A DNA stretch of 39,199 nucleotides, taken from positions 62,001 to 101,199 of the forward strand of contig NOWV01000233.1 in NCBI GenBank assembly GCA_003344405.1, written 5' to 3'. This document shows, piece after piece, positions 12,635 to 24,681 of this stretch (within the stretch, counting starts at the first letter, position 1; each line of letters begins with the position of its first letter). The translations under genes and the position numbers were made by a program. Source of the DNA: Trichoplax sp. H2 (taxonomy: Eukaryota). A model generated the notes under the pieces. That model made no database searches. It worked only from the letters and a program-made list of their open reading frames with translations, and had not been told where the DNA came from.

Positions 12635-13115
12635 TGTAGTGCAGCCCCAAATGTAACTTAGATACTATTATAAGACTGTACGAGAATAACTTAACTTGTA
12701 AGCTAGAGTGTAAGATTGTGTAATAGTCTATTTGTAGAAGATGTTTACAGTATGTATTGTAGCGAATCTATTAAGATGTTTATATAAAGATCTGAGATAT
12801 AAATAGATTTGCGCTAAGTATGTTAGTACTGTAAGTATTGTATTGTAATGCTTAAAATAGACGCGCGAATTATGAATAGATTGCGCGATAGTAAATTTAG
12901 ATCTAATCTTGCGACTTAATGGGCAAGATAAGATTTGTTACAGTAAAAGCATTCTGCAACTAATCGTATATAAATCGTGAATTTTGCTGTAATAAGTAGA
13001 TTGTCAGATAGTCAGATAGTCCTTGGTACTTAGACGAACCTAACTTCTGTAATAAAGTGAAATTTGCAAGAAACTGTAGTTCTTGATTTATTGTTTTGAA
13101 GATCACTTTATCACA
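12635..13115 (+). mobile_element. Solo LTR (481 bp) with 5-bp TSD GTAAC
   Basis: TGT...ACA termini. GTAAC at 12630-12634 and 13116-13120. Internal TATATAAAT and AATAAA. The empty paralogous site with a single GTAAC is at 15-19. Confidence 0.85.
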
Positions 13116-13276
13116 GTAACTGATGAGAGTTATGATATACGAGTAAATTTATAAAACTCATAACTGATGAAAGTTATCATGTATGAGTAAATTTGCAATA
13201 ATTATAACTAACGATATTCATGATATTATCTCAATACTCTATATCTGATTGCATGGTTTCAAGAATTAAGCTATGT

Positions 13277-13470
13277 TCATTCTATTATTGAGGTGCTATT
13301 GCTGTTAGAAGAATAATGGATATTGAGTTTTTTGTACATACTATCAGCCGACGATTTAGCAGTATCTTCTGCATCACATGTTGATAATGTTGATGGATCA
13401 GGAGAAGTGCTTTCTTGATTCAATAAAGTTGATTTGATGTCGTTACAAGGCAAACGCGACGAAAATAATA
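13277..13470 (-). pseudogene. Gene B truncated Ser/Thr-rich linker exon (donor lost; ends in stop ...SNSNSTSIIE*)
   Basis: Homologous to gene C exon 36362-36565 only down to 13290. Beyond that the sequence matches gene A intron 15-190. Confidence 0.65.
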
Positions 13471-14061
13471 CTACAGAAAGGTATAGAAATTATAATTAGA
13501 CATTGTAGATTGGATTCTTCTTGAACTATAAAGCGCCAATTAGCTTAAATATTAACCTTGCAATAGTATCTCATAAGTATATAGTAGAAACTTTTATATT
13601 TAATTTTAGTTGCACGATATTGTTTTTGGCTCTGTCTGTAATGTCTAGGTACCAACTGCCTTGATAAAGCATTAGCAATTTGCTAGCTGATACAGGCATT
13701 TAATTACAAATAGCACCGAAAACGTACTATTGTCTATGAAGTTATCACACGGCAGCCTAACATACTGCTATAATACACCTACTTCAATATTATTCGGTAT
13801 GCAGTTTAAAGTAAGTAATAAATTGCCAATTATATTAATTCTCTAAACAGCTACAAACTGATCCTGCAACTTTTCAACCTTCAATCATATTTCATAGAGA
13901 AATCGTTTTAAGAAAGAACTTATCAAATTTAGTCTTAATCAAGAACTATAGCACTGCTAGCGATGACCATCTTAATGACTGACAAAAATTTCTTACTATA
14001 TGAAGGATTTATTATTGAAACCTTCCGTTAACAAAGTTAGGAAACCATTATACGAAATTAC

Positions 14062-16224
14062 CTGAATTCCAGGCTTTCATATCGGCTAACTTAGGTTTGG
14101 CAAGGCATTTAACGTTAGTGCATGTGATTATTTGCTCTTCAACATAAATAGGAAAAGGGATCAATTGATCACATTTTAGGCAAGGAAAAAAATATCCGCA
14201 GTCAATTTCTTGTCGTTCAGGGTGAACATCTTTCACAATTTTCGATAACATTGTTTTAAAATAAACATGTAATTGATCGTTACTTAATAGTTTTGAAATT
14301 TCTTCCAGTGTAATCTGGTCATCTTCTTTCGATTCATCTACAGTTTCATAGTAATACTGAATTCTAATATGTGATCCGCTCTTTTCCACTATAATAGTAT
14401 AATTACGATGTTTTGGTAAATACTTAGCACTATGATAATATAATTCAACATCCAATTCTGATTGGGATGACAGTAAAAACTGATGAAAGATTTGATCTGT
14501 AACATATAGAGGTGAGTTTTTATCGAAACCGAGATAAAGCCAAGGTGATTGAAATCCGTATCTTAATTCGCTGTCTGCTTCTTTCTTACGTGATGATAAC
14601 AAATGAGGAAAAAAATACTGTTCATTCATACTAGCTTTTATGTCCTCCAGATTTCTTGAAGCTTTGTAAATTAAACGATTTCGTTCCATTACTTGTAGCA
14701 GAGAATCAATATCTTCTTCCATTAATGCTTCATGACTTATTGCACACTTTACTGAGGCTTTAGTAACGATTCCATAATCCCTAGCCCATTTGCAATATTC
14801 CCTGCTCTTGCTACTACTGGCAAGATGACGTTGCTTATAATTATCGACCAATGTAGAAATTTTGCGAAAGTTATCGTAAAACCAACTTAATTCTGTAACT
14901 ATAAGACTATCAGTCTCACAGTATTGACTAAATATTATTTCTCCTATGCCGTGTAAAAATTTTAGAACGTTTATAATCTCACTCTGCTCCATCCGGTTTC
15001 TAGCTTTAGCGTAAACTTGTTCTAGTGTCTGAATATATTGCATACCGGTGGAATTCTGCTTATCTTGAGAATGGCTAATAATCCTATCAGATACTAGTAT
15101 AGGATTATCGAATAATTCCGCCATTATGTACCATTTAAGTTTAATTTTCTGTTTGAAGAACGGAACGTCTAGGATACAATTTTGAATTTTTTCGCATAAT
15201 TTGTTCCAGCTACTGCTATTGACCGTCTCCTCTAAATCTTTACTCTGATTTCCACCAACTGTATTGATTATTATTTCCGGAGAATAAAAGTGTGATTTAT
15301 ACTGTGGCATTTTCATATCCAACTCATCCATAAATTGACTTCGTCTAGTCCATTGCGCTTCTTCTGTTAATTTATCATCGCTATTAGTGGCAACAAATAG
15401 AATGATTGGCAATGGAATTTCGTCCTCTTGACTATCAATGCTAATATATGACTGATTCTCTTTTGTATTCCAATCAATTGCATTAATCAGCCATTCCTGA
15501 AATGAAGTCATATAATCATGGCGACCAACACCGTAATCACTACTGACAATTTTATCCAGTTTGATGCTGACATCAAAAGGTGCAATGTAAACATTATGCT
15601 GAAATTTGAAGGGTTGATAGTAAGCGTGATTGTTAAAATTCCAAATTTTAGCAAACTGATTATCATGGTAATATTTACGACTCTGATGGAATTTCTGGAA
15701 ACATCGCGAGAAAGACGGTGAAGATAAACTTTTAGTAGTTTCATTAAGCAGGCTGATAATATTGTCACTAGCTGTGGTGATTTCGTTATCATTATTATTA
15801 ACGGGATAGTCTATATCGATGTTGTCAACTATAATTTTATCACTACTAGAAATGGCAATTCTACTTTTATCACTAGGCTGATTGTTGCCTATTTCAAGAG
15901 TAGAAGAAAAAATTCTTTGTAATTCAGGGTTTGGTGATATATTCCCCTGCTTTTCTATGACTGATAATACTTTACTATCGATGAAAGATTGTCTGTCCAA
16001 AATAATTTTTTCGTCCGAATTACTTGCTTGTTTTATGGTATCCAAGTTGATTAACACCGGAGTAGCATTAGGAGAACTTTCAGGTTGTTTAGTTAGTAAT
16101 TTATATATAAAAGATTTGTCTTCATGATTTGGTCCAATAAGCATTATATTCGCAAAGTTATTTGAAAATTCACCACGATCAAGCGCTGTTTCAAAGGCTT
16201 CTTTAAATTCTCTTATCGCTGTCC
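14062..16224 (-). CDS. Gene B Roc-COR exon (pseudo-GTPase Roc + COR + Cys4 motif)
   Basis: ORF 14048..16144 extends to the acceptor AATCAG|GG at 16224, adding TAIREFKEAFETALDRGEFSNNFANIMLIG (typical pre-Roc segment). Motifs: IWNFNNH, ILFVATNSD, IKLKWY, LKFLHGIGEIIF, YFFPHLL, CLKC...CTNVKC. Donor TCAG|GTAATT at 14062. Confidence 0.85.
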
Positions 16225-16574
16225 CTGATTTGAAATTTCAATATTAGTCAAGAAATAAACGGGCTATCAAAATCGAAGCCCAAGTAGTTGTCTATTTTAG
16301 ATTTTTAATTAGATTAGCAGTTTATCTAATTTCATTTGAATAATACTGAATAGTATCGCACTTTATTTGATCAGCTAATCATTTAATTAAACAAACTATC
16401 ATTATTAATGATATTTCTACCGTATTTAAAATTATAACAAGCAGGAATGAAGCTATTTCTATATCAGCCACTTGTATGCTGAACAAAAATTTGTTATATC
16501 AAATCAACATGTTGCAAGACCCAATAATTAGTCCATGAACAAAGTGAAATGCGATGAATTGACTTTGTACTCAC

Positions 16575-16670
16575 TAGCTATGATTAAAATAGAGCTTTTG
16601 TCCCTAACTTCCACATTGGCGGATTTCCTTGCAGTAGTTTTTTGCTCGGATAATTCACTCTGGCTATGAT
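16575..16670 (-). CDS. Gene B linker exon ending ...SSILIIA(R)
   Basis: CAATAG|AT acceptor, GCTA|GTGAGT donor, 96 nt, phase 1-1. The splice gives ILIIARTAIREF, resembling the 'EILARG..A..AY..AL..G' segment preceding invertebrate Roc domains. Confidence 0.75.
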
Positions 16671-16755
16671 CTATTGATTAGATAATAAAATACTGATTAA
16701 CTTTCGTCATAAAATTATACAACCTTCATTAAGTAGTATTAATGAGTTGTATTAC

Positions 16756-16902
16756 CTGATGATGATGAAGTTGCCAATTGTTCAGGTACCTTACTAGGAT
16801 GGTATTTGCCTTTTGTCTTTAATGATATAAATGTTTTACGATTTGCCATTTGCTGCGAATAGCCTTTGTCTTCACTTTCCCTATACGCTTGAATTTTTGT
16901 AC
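16756..16902 (-). CDS. Gene B linker exon
   Basis: ATTTAG|GT acceptor, TCAG|GTAATA donor, 147 nt open, phase 1-1. Confidence 0.7.
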
Positions 16903-17061
16903 CTAAATTAAATTTCATTATTTCTAGTTAAATCTTTATACTCGTCATATAAATGCAGATATTTGGCCGGGACTATGAACGGCCAGTTAATGAACATTAG
17001 CTATTCTAAATAGTATTTTGAAGTCTCGGCCTCAAATACGTCAGCATATATCGGCAATTAC

Positions 17062-17184
17062 GTGTAATGCATTCGATTAAGTAATACCACTTATTAGCCG
17101 TACTATTTTTGTTATTCATAGGTAAGATATCAACTGTGGTATCCTCTATATTAAAACTTTTATTATTTGTTACACTAGTGCTAC
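17062..17184 (-). CDS. Gene B putative linker exon
   Basis: Within ORF 17006..17191. Weaker GCAAG| acceptor and C|GTAATT donor; 123 nt, phase 1-1. Confidence 0.4.
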
Positions 17185-17211
17185 CTTGCAATTAAAATAT
17201 TGGTGAGTCAT

Positions 17212-17840
17212 TGTTACAGTGTTATACACTGTAATATCGAGGTAATAGCAGAAACAATTATGTTAGGATAATTTTGTTGATTTACCCTTATATGAAGAGT
17301 TTCTAATTTAGATATGTGATATTTAAATGTAGCACTTGCTTTTATGGTGATATATACAGCCTACTGAAATTATTAGTTTTTAATTAGGGAATCGAGAATA
17401 ATCTTCTTACAATTCAAATCACTGTGATTTTAATTTACTTATGGTAGATTGTAGATTATCGTAGAAATGTTCCGTAATAGGACATTCTGACAATTTTTTA
17501 TTAGTCATTGGATGTCTACGTTCGCATATACTGTTGTCTTCATTCGGTAGTAGTAGATAAAATTAACCTTTGATTCATTATCAGGTTTAAACGTCAATAT
17601 GACTAACTAGGATGTCTTTGCGATTGTAAAAGAGTATATAAATGCGATAAATCGTATAATAAAGAGAGTTCTTATGATTAGTGTTTAACGTAAGATACGA
17701 GGCGTCTAAGTCTTTTTGTAATCTATTAGTATAGTAAAAGAGTTCATGAAAGAGTAGATACTGCTCCCTGATATGTGGTTCAGGGAATCGACTGATTGAT
17801 CGTGCATTACGTTATCTTGTAGCAAAGCTGTTTTGTAACA
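17212..17840 (+). mobile_element. Probable solo LTR (629 bp)
   Basis: Perfect 7-bp terminal inverted repeat TGTTACA...TGTAACA. Flanks GTCAT/GTAAT (4 of 5 match). Internal TATATAAAT and AATAAA at about 17635-17665. Confidence 0.55.
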
Positions 17841-18901
17841 GTAATGACATTCTTTTGAAACATTTTTTCAATTCAAAGAATAGAAATAAGAGAGTTTCTA
17901 AAATAATTATATGGAACAAAAATATCCTACAATTAAGCCAAAAAATATTTGTAAGAAAGTTCGCTTCTTCGACTGTATATAATTCTTATCTGTAAATGAT
18001 GCGGAATATACCTCCTTTCATTTAATGATCGTCGTCAATTTGAGCTACAGAAATTACTGCTAACTCTAGCAGACAAAGTATTCTATTATAGAATTAAACG
18101 CTATTTAATTACCTTTGTATATTTATAATCTAGACATCATAAACAAGAGAATTTGAATTATTTCTGCTCGTATTACAATCTATAAGACTTGGTATTCATT
18201 CGAAAATTCTAATCTTATGTTTCTGCTTGATGGAAAATCTAGCCACTTGCTACATCAGTATGGTTTAAACGTAAACTCTGTTACTAATATAAATATAAAT
18301 ATTTTAATACGTAATTTTACTATCACAATACATTTGAAAGCAATTATTAGTGCTGTAATCTATTGCTACAGCTACCCTTACGGCACATGAAGCAGCACAG
18401 TACTTATAATAAATTTTACTTTAATCTGTAATACTAATTCCTCAGCCTATGGTACAGTAACTAGAATCTTTAGGTTAATACACTAACGAATGACTCGATA
18501 TAACGTAACTCTCATACTTTCTATTGTTCATTATCCAAGTTATACACCTGTCAGTCGTTATAAATATATTTGTTACGCTATCGGTATTTCTTTGAAAACA
18601 ATGATATTATTACGATCAAGTTATCATTTACGGATATCTAAAGTAATAAATAATCTCATGCATGTGTTTATCTTGATTACGAGCTCTATCAACTTTATAA
18701 ATTTCCAATACCTACATGAAACTTATTACTATTCCTCCATAATATCATAAAGATTTACTTTATTTTTAACAAAAATGACTATATAGTGCTTTATATTTCT
18801 AATAAGTTGGAAGAAAATTTTATTGTAAACTATAAATTTGTACGTAAGTTATTTTCATGAAGGTGACGTCTATTAAGCAGTGTAGTTAACATTTTACGTA
18901 C

Positions 18902-18988
18902 CGTTAGCCATGGAATCCTCTATGATTTTTCCGTCATCTGCATTATTACTATCTATCGCTCTGTTAGTTAGTCTTGTCGATGATAGTG
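18902..18988 (-). CDS. Gene B linker exon (LSSTRLTNRAIDSNNADDGKIIEDSMAN)
   Basis: TTTTTAG|CA acceptor, AACG|GTACGT donor, 87 nt open, phase 1-1. Confidence 0.7.
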
Positions 18989-19630
18989 CTAAAAATAATT
19001 ACGCAATTAAAAAATAGCAGAAAAAGTGGGTTAGGCTACTAAATTATTTTAACCTTTCAAATGAGCGTAAAATAACATAATTTAGAAAGATACGAGTACA
19101 CTTGTAATTAAAATTTTTAGTTAAGATACTTTTTAGCCTCAGTATATTTATTTAGATCACGATAATAACAATTAAATCTAATCAACTATAGCTTTTATAC
19201 TGAAATTAGTTACTCATCTATTACTAAATCTCAATTAATATATGTTCATTTAGATTGATCAAAATTTGATATATAATTAGAGTATCTAGCTATTGAATAA
19301 GTACCGATTATATTTTATTATTGTAGCCATCTATCATTAAACATAATGTTACTGATGATGCAACGTGGGAATTATTATTGTTAACAGATAATTTTTAATT
19401 TCTGACTATAGTTTCGTTAAATTGCTATTCTGATATGTATTGGAAGATCTAAAGGGCAGTTAATTTACTGAGAGCATGACTGACAGATTTTGGTTTAATG
19501 TTTTAGTCGTACGAATAATAACCTAAGTAACAAACGTAAACTTAGCTCTAACGCTAATTACTAGTGAAAGTCAAATATGCTACAGAATAATGAACTATAC
19601 CTTTTAGAATAAGTATCAATTATATATTAC

Positions 19631-21355
19631 CTGGTTGATATGGCGGGTTCTCTGGCTGTTCATTGCAATGATTAAGGGTCCTGCAATTGTTATTTGCCTC
19701 ACATTTTAACTTTTCTGCTATTTTATCGATTAGTCTTGTCAATCTAGAAACATTTATTTGATTTTTTTCACTTAAACTATTTTGCATATCTAAAGCCTTT
19801 TGGTACATTTTCTGTGAACTAAGATAGTCTGAAAATAATCCTAACATTTTGCCAATTTGTTCGTAAATTCTGGCTTGATCTTGTCGTAAAGAATCTTTTT
19901 CTGTCATATACTTTTCTGAGCCTAACATTTTATCATCGCTACGTCGATATTTTTCTAGCCTTGTCTCACTATAATAAGAGCTTACAAGGTCTAAATTATT
20001 CGATTGGCAAACTCTTTCCCGAAGAATAAAACTCGTCTCGTACCATTCTTGAGCTTCTTCTAATTGATTTTGTTTCTCGTATACTTCTGCTATGCTATCC
20101 ATAGTATCCGCCCCAAGTATACCGCGATGTCCAGAGATGGTAATTTGAATTTTCAAGGATTTTTCAAACATACTCAAGGCTTGCTCAAATTCCCCTTTTG
20201 CTTGATAAACTCTACCAATCCCATACAAAGTTTTACTTAATTCAACTTCATGCTCAGATCTATCGGAAGATGAGTAAAATGTTTTGCTATATTCATAATA
20301 CGATATTGAAGTGTCATATTCACCTTTCTTGAAACATATTTCCCCTAATACATTTTTTAATTTTGCCTTAAATCTTTCACAGTAATCATTTCTTCCTTTG
20401 CAATTTTCTTCAGGTGTTAAGAACTTGTAATGCTTCTCAGCATCATCTAATTGATCAGAAGCAAAGTAAGCCTTGCTTAAATATTCGTTGGAGATTAGTA
20501 ATAAATAATCTTGACTTTTGAGTATCTTCTCTTTTATTCTGTATGATTTTAGGTATTGGATTATAGCTACTCGATAATTACTCTGCAAATAAAATATATT
20601 GCCAGCAGTATCGTACAACAAAGCCAGAAATAGTCTTTTTTTTTCTTTCTCTCGTAGACAATTTTCCACTTTGTTCAATTGATTACTTAGATTCTTTTCA
20701 CTTATAAGCTGATCTGAATGGACTAAATCAAGACATTCGCTACGCTTAGAGTCTTTCTTCATGAGAGGTGATATGCTTTTTAGCTGGGATTGAAGAGATT
20801 GTATATATATATTCCAAGCCTGCTCATATTTATGTTGCAAAATAAGTACTTTAGCCGCATCATGTTCGATTATAGTATACAACGTCAATCCCTCTTTTTG
20901 ATCTAAGTAAGTAATTGCTTTATCACAATAGTTTAAAGCTTCATCGTACTTTTCTTCTCTTATGCAGATGTTAGCTTTTATATTATAACATTTAGCAATT
21001 AAAGATCTTTCACAAATATCTTCAGCATATGACACGGCAGTAGTAAAATATTTATTCGCCTTATCTAATTCATATAATTGAAAGTGGCACGCCATCATAC
21101 CAGCTGTAGTCCTGAATTTAACTTCCATCAAGTCGTTTTTATCAATAAGGTTTTCCTTTCTGTTATCGATTTGATCCACTTGTGTGTACTCATCTATTGC
21201 TTTGATATAACTTCCATTCTCATAGAATTTATCTGCTCTATTGAGCATAGCTTCCAATTTCTTAATCTGAAAATCTCTCTTTCCAACTTCAGATGACAAT
21301 TTCTTATTTCGTGAATTATTAGCCAAGTTGAACTTCTCACGATAGTGGCTACTTC
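19631..21355 (-). CDS. Gene B TPR-repeat exon
   Basis: ORF 19620..21425 with tandem TPR motifs of the kinesin-light-chain type (SKTLYGIGRVYQAKGEFEQALSMFEKSLKIQ). In-frame phase-1 acceptor TGTATAG|GA at 21355 and donor CCAG|GTAATA at 19631. Confidence 0.85.
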
Positions 21356-22255
21356 CTATACAGTCAGATGAAGATATAATTAAGTATGCCATATTATTGT
21401 ATAATATTGTCACGATATGAACCACCGTGAAGAGTAAATGACTAGATATGAACTAAATTTCATGAAGAGTTATGACTCATCCATGATAGCAGCTGCCGTA
21501 GGGTATTTAAGCTCGGCAGATAAGTGAATAAAAGATGAGTTCTATAGTTGTTTAATGTAGAAGCAATGGCGTCTAAATTCTTGTGAGATAGTTAAGAGAT
21601 ACTGAATCCCGGAGACTATGGTAATTTCGAGATTTGTTTTACGTTATCTTTATCACGAAGATGGTTGTGACAAATATGTACTTCAGTATCAATCATACCA
21701 TATGCAATATTTTACAAAAGTTTGAAATTAGAAGTGCAAGTTCATAACGGATCAAATATAGTATATGACTACCGTTAGTATGCTTACATGAACGTTGTTA
21801 GAATTCAACGACATCAAAATAGCATACAACAATTCTCAATCAATTGTCAAACTCTACGGATCAGAAATACTTTTGTTTATTTACTGCTAGGTAATAATAT
21901 CAAATTTAACTGCGATTTTGCAATCTCATTGGAAGACTCCGTAGGATTGCTTTGCTAAAGTGTTGAAAGTTGTACATGTACAACTTGTGGATTCTAGAGA
22001 TTTTAATCAATGGCTCATACTGTATTATAATTTACGATTTATCAAATTAATTTCTCATTAAAACGTATATACGAGCCAGTATAATGCTCAAAGATTATTT
22101 TTGAAATCTATTTTAATAAAACCATGAACTTGATTTAATCTGTAAATTAACGTTTCAAATTATCTCAAAAGACATATTTGGCAAGAGCTTCGATTCCTCA
22201 TTTTCTCCGCTTCATAAACGAATTGACTATTCTACTGAAGAGCATAAGTACCTAC

Positions 22256-22288
22256 CTTTGCTGTCATGATTCTGAACTATTTGAAGAC
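22256..22288 (-). CDS. Putative micro-exon between the two TPR exons (GLQIVQNHDSK)
   Basis: AATTAG| acceptor, AAAG|GTAGGT donor, 33 nt, phase 1-1. Confidence 0.3.
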
Positions 22289-24282
22289 CTAATTATCATT
22301 ATAACTGCGAGTCCTCCAATCACCACTAATAGCCTAAACATTTTTTCTAGTAACAGCCCACTATCACTATTACTAACAATTTTCACTTATCTATTGTATA
22401 TACAAGATGCACTATATTCATTCCTGCTGAGACGAATATTGGGTGCATCATGTCATTGTGGATCAATGAAGCTATAATAACTTCTTCGTGGCATGTCGAT
22501 ACTACCGGCAGATTAGAATTACTATTTCTTTAAATCTTTAGAAGAAAACATATTTCCTCTATGTTAATAAAAATGGTAGATGTAATGCTATGAAAAGACA
22601 TAAAAAAAAACTAATTAATCAATTATTCAGCGTGAAGTAGGTCATTCTAGAAATAGTAGATGGTTGCAATATAAAATATGATTCATGCCGCACAACACTT
22701 ATAAACCCATTGCAGAAAATTTTATATTCTGGTTAGAATTTTACTATCGCCCACTCGGTCTTAGCTATAGAGACTCGGCACGAATTGTTGTGATGAAGTC
22801 TTAGACAATTGCTAATTGATATAGGTAATTATCAAATAGTATATTGATTAGTGGTGTTACTTCTTAAGACTCTTTGTGACAGTTTCAAAGCAACCTTACC
22901 ATACTAGTAACGATAGGATGAATTACAAATGTAATGAAAGTTAATTTTCAGAATTCTTCTAGAAGATTTGCATTCTAATAAAATTATGTAAGCATCGCAA
23001 TTTTTTTAATTTAACTGATTTAGCTTACTTACAGTACATTTCATTTGCCTCTTCCTAAATTATGAATCCAATTGTAAGTACTTAATTGGGGTTATTATAC
23101 ATGGATACTAGAGAGTATAAACATTGTAATTATTAATTGTTAAAAAAACTGTAATTTAGCCAAATTAATTCGGTTTTTATTAATAACACATTTCCTCTAA
23201 TGTGATATTTCGCGTACTCGATTTACTGAGTATGTTGTTTCAGTCTATACTGTGCAGTGTATGCCAGTGTAATTCAATGTTCTATAGATCATGTTTTAAA
23301 CTATGATAAAGTCTTAAACTTGTATAGCCCAAAAAAAAATTTCAAAAAACTATATTACTTCATCATCAATTACGACGTGAATCCGAATATTTCGATCTGA
23401 GCTCTACTTTAAGCATGGAAACCTGTGTTAGTGATATTTAGTTAAGTGGTGTATACTGTCGAACGGTAAGGAATTGATATGATCTGTAGAATGTTAATTA
23501 TATCACGAGAGAATCACTTTTTGACGGCGTGATTGACTTAAAGAGTTTCTCTACCCTTTTAGTAATTCTTTTAGTTGATTTGCAAGTGTGCTGTTAAAGT
23601 TATAATATGTCGCGACTGCGAGATAACTGCTGACAGATAATATTGTTGTTAAAGATTGATACCTACAGAAATGCTCAAGTTCGTTTAGCAAGTTATCTTG
23701 AAAGTACGATAACGTATCAATGATGTTACTGGAAAGTTTATAAGGTAGTTATAAGAGGTATTCGTGATACGGTATTGCAAGAATGTTACAATTGTTAAAG
23801 GTTAAAATAAAGGTATCGGTATTGGTACCAATGGTTTTTAGTATTTAAGGAGAGTTTTTTCTCAACGAGATTATGAGAGAAACATAGTAGATAGATTCTT
23901 GCGCTCGTTGTGAGTTGAAGGAAAATAAAGAAAACATTTGCTCGCATACCCCGTGAAGAAATTAATCTGTCGCTGACTCAGGATATCCCTCCGCACGCTT
24001 CCCTCCATAATCAGGACTGAATCAGCACATAATAAACTATCATCTTTTCTATGTTTTAGCTCAAGTTGAATTCAAAGCAGTGATTAGTTACAAAAAATAC
24101 TCATTCATTACAGTAATTATTACTCCTATGCAAAAATTTATTCTATTACCAATAAAATGCGAATGAAAGTTTAAAAATTGGATTGATTGAATCACGAATG
24201 ATTTATACTATATTATCAATGAATAGATTTATGTGGATTTGGCTCTGATGAATTGACATAATATTTCGTATTAAAATCTTAC

Positions 24283-24388
24283 ATCCTGTACTTCGATAAT
24301 ACTTTTAGAAGTGTCCTTCTACTAATAACTATCGTAGTGCTTATTCTTGGATTTTTCTGAAATTTTGTATGATCCTGAAATCGCTCTT
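24283..24388 (-). pseudogene. Decayed paralog of the gene A basic linker exons
   Basis: DHTKFQKNPRI resembles DTKIQRNKRL. The 3' part matches exon 4650-4838 in a shifted frame, and the donor is no longer phase 1. Confidence 0.45.
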
Positions 24389-24681
24389 CTAAACATTTTG
24401 TAATTCGTATTGAAATATCCATAATATACGATACAGTAGACTCTTGATTTTCAAAGATATTCCTCATAAAAGCTTTATACACTACAATCACTGATTTTCT
24501 CATAACTAAAATACGATTGTTCTAAAATATGATTCGTTCTTTTACTATCGTACGTCTTCATCTCTTAATATTCGTTATTAATCTGTGATAATTATTTTTT
24601 CGAAGTTAAAAATTTTAAATCTAGTTTCTGATTGATGTCATAAATCATTAGGCTAATCTTATTAATACGAATAACTCGCAC

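Noticed and set aside
23424..23936. Possible further LTR (TATTTAAG, AATAAAG...ACA)
   Set aside because: No defensible 5' end, TSD or empty site.
22500..24050. Several AG...GT segments as additional linker exons (also about 4120-4365 and 36138-36188)
   Set aside because: In-frame stops or inconsistent phases; possibly decayed exons but not supportable.
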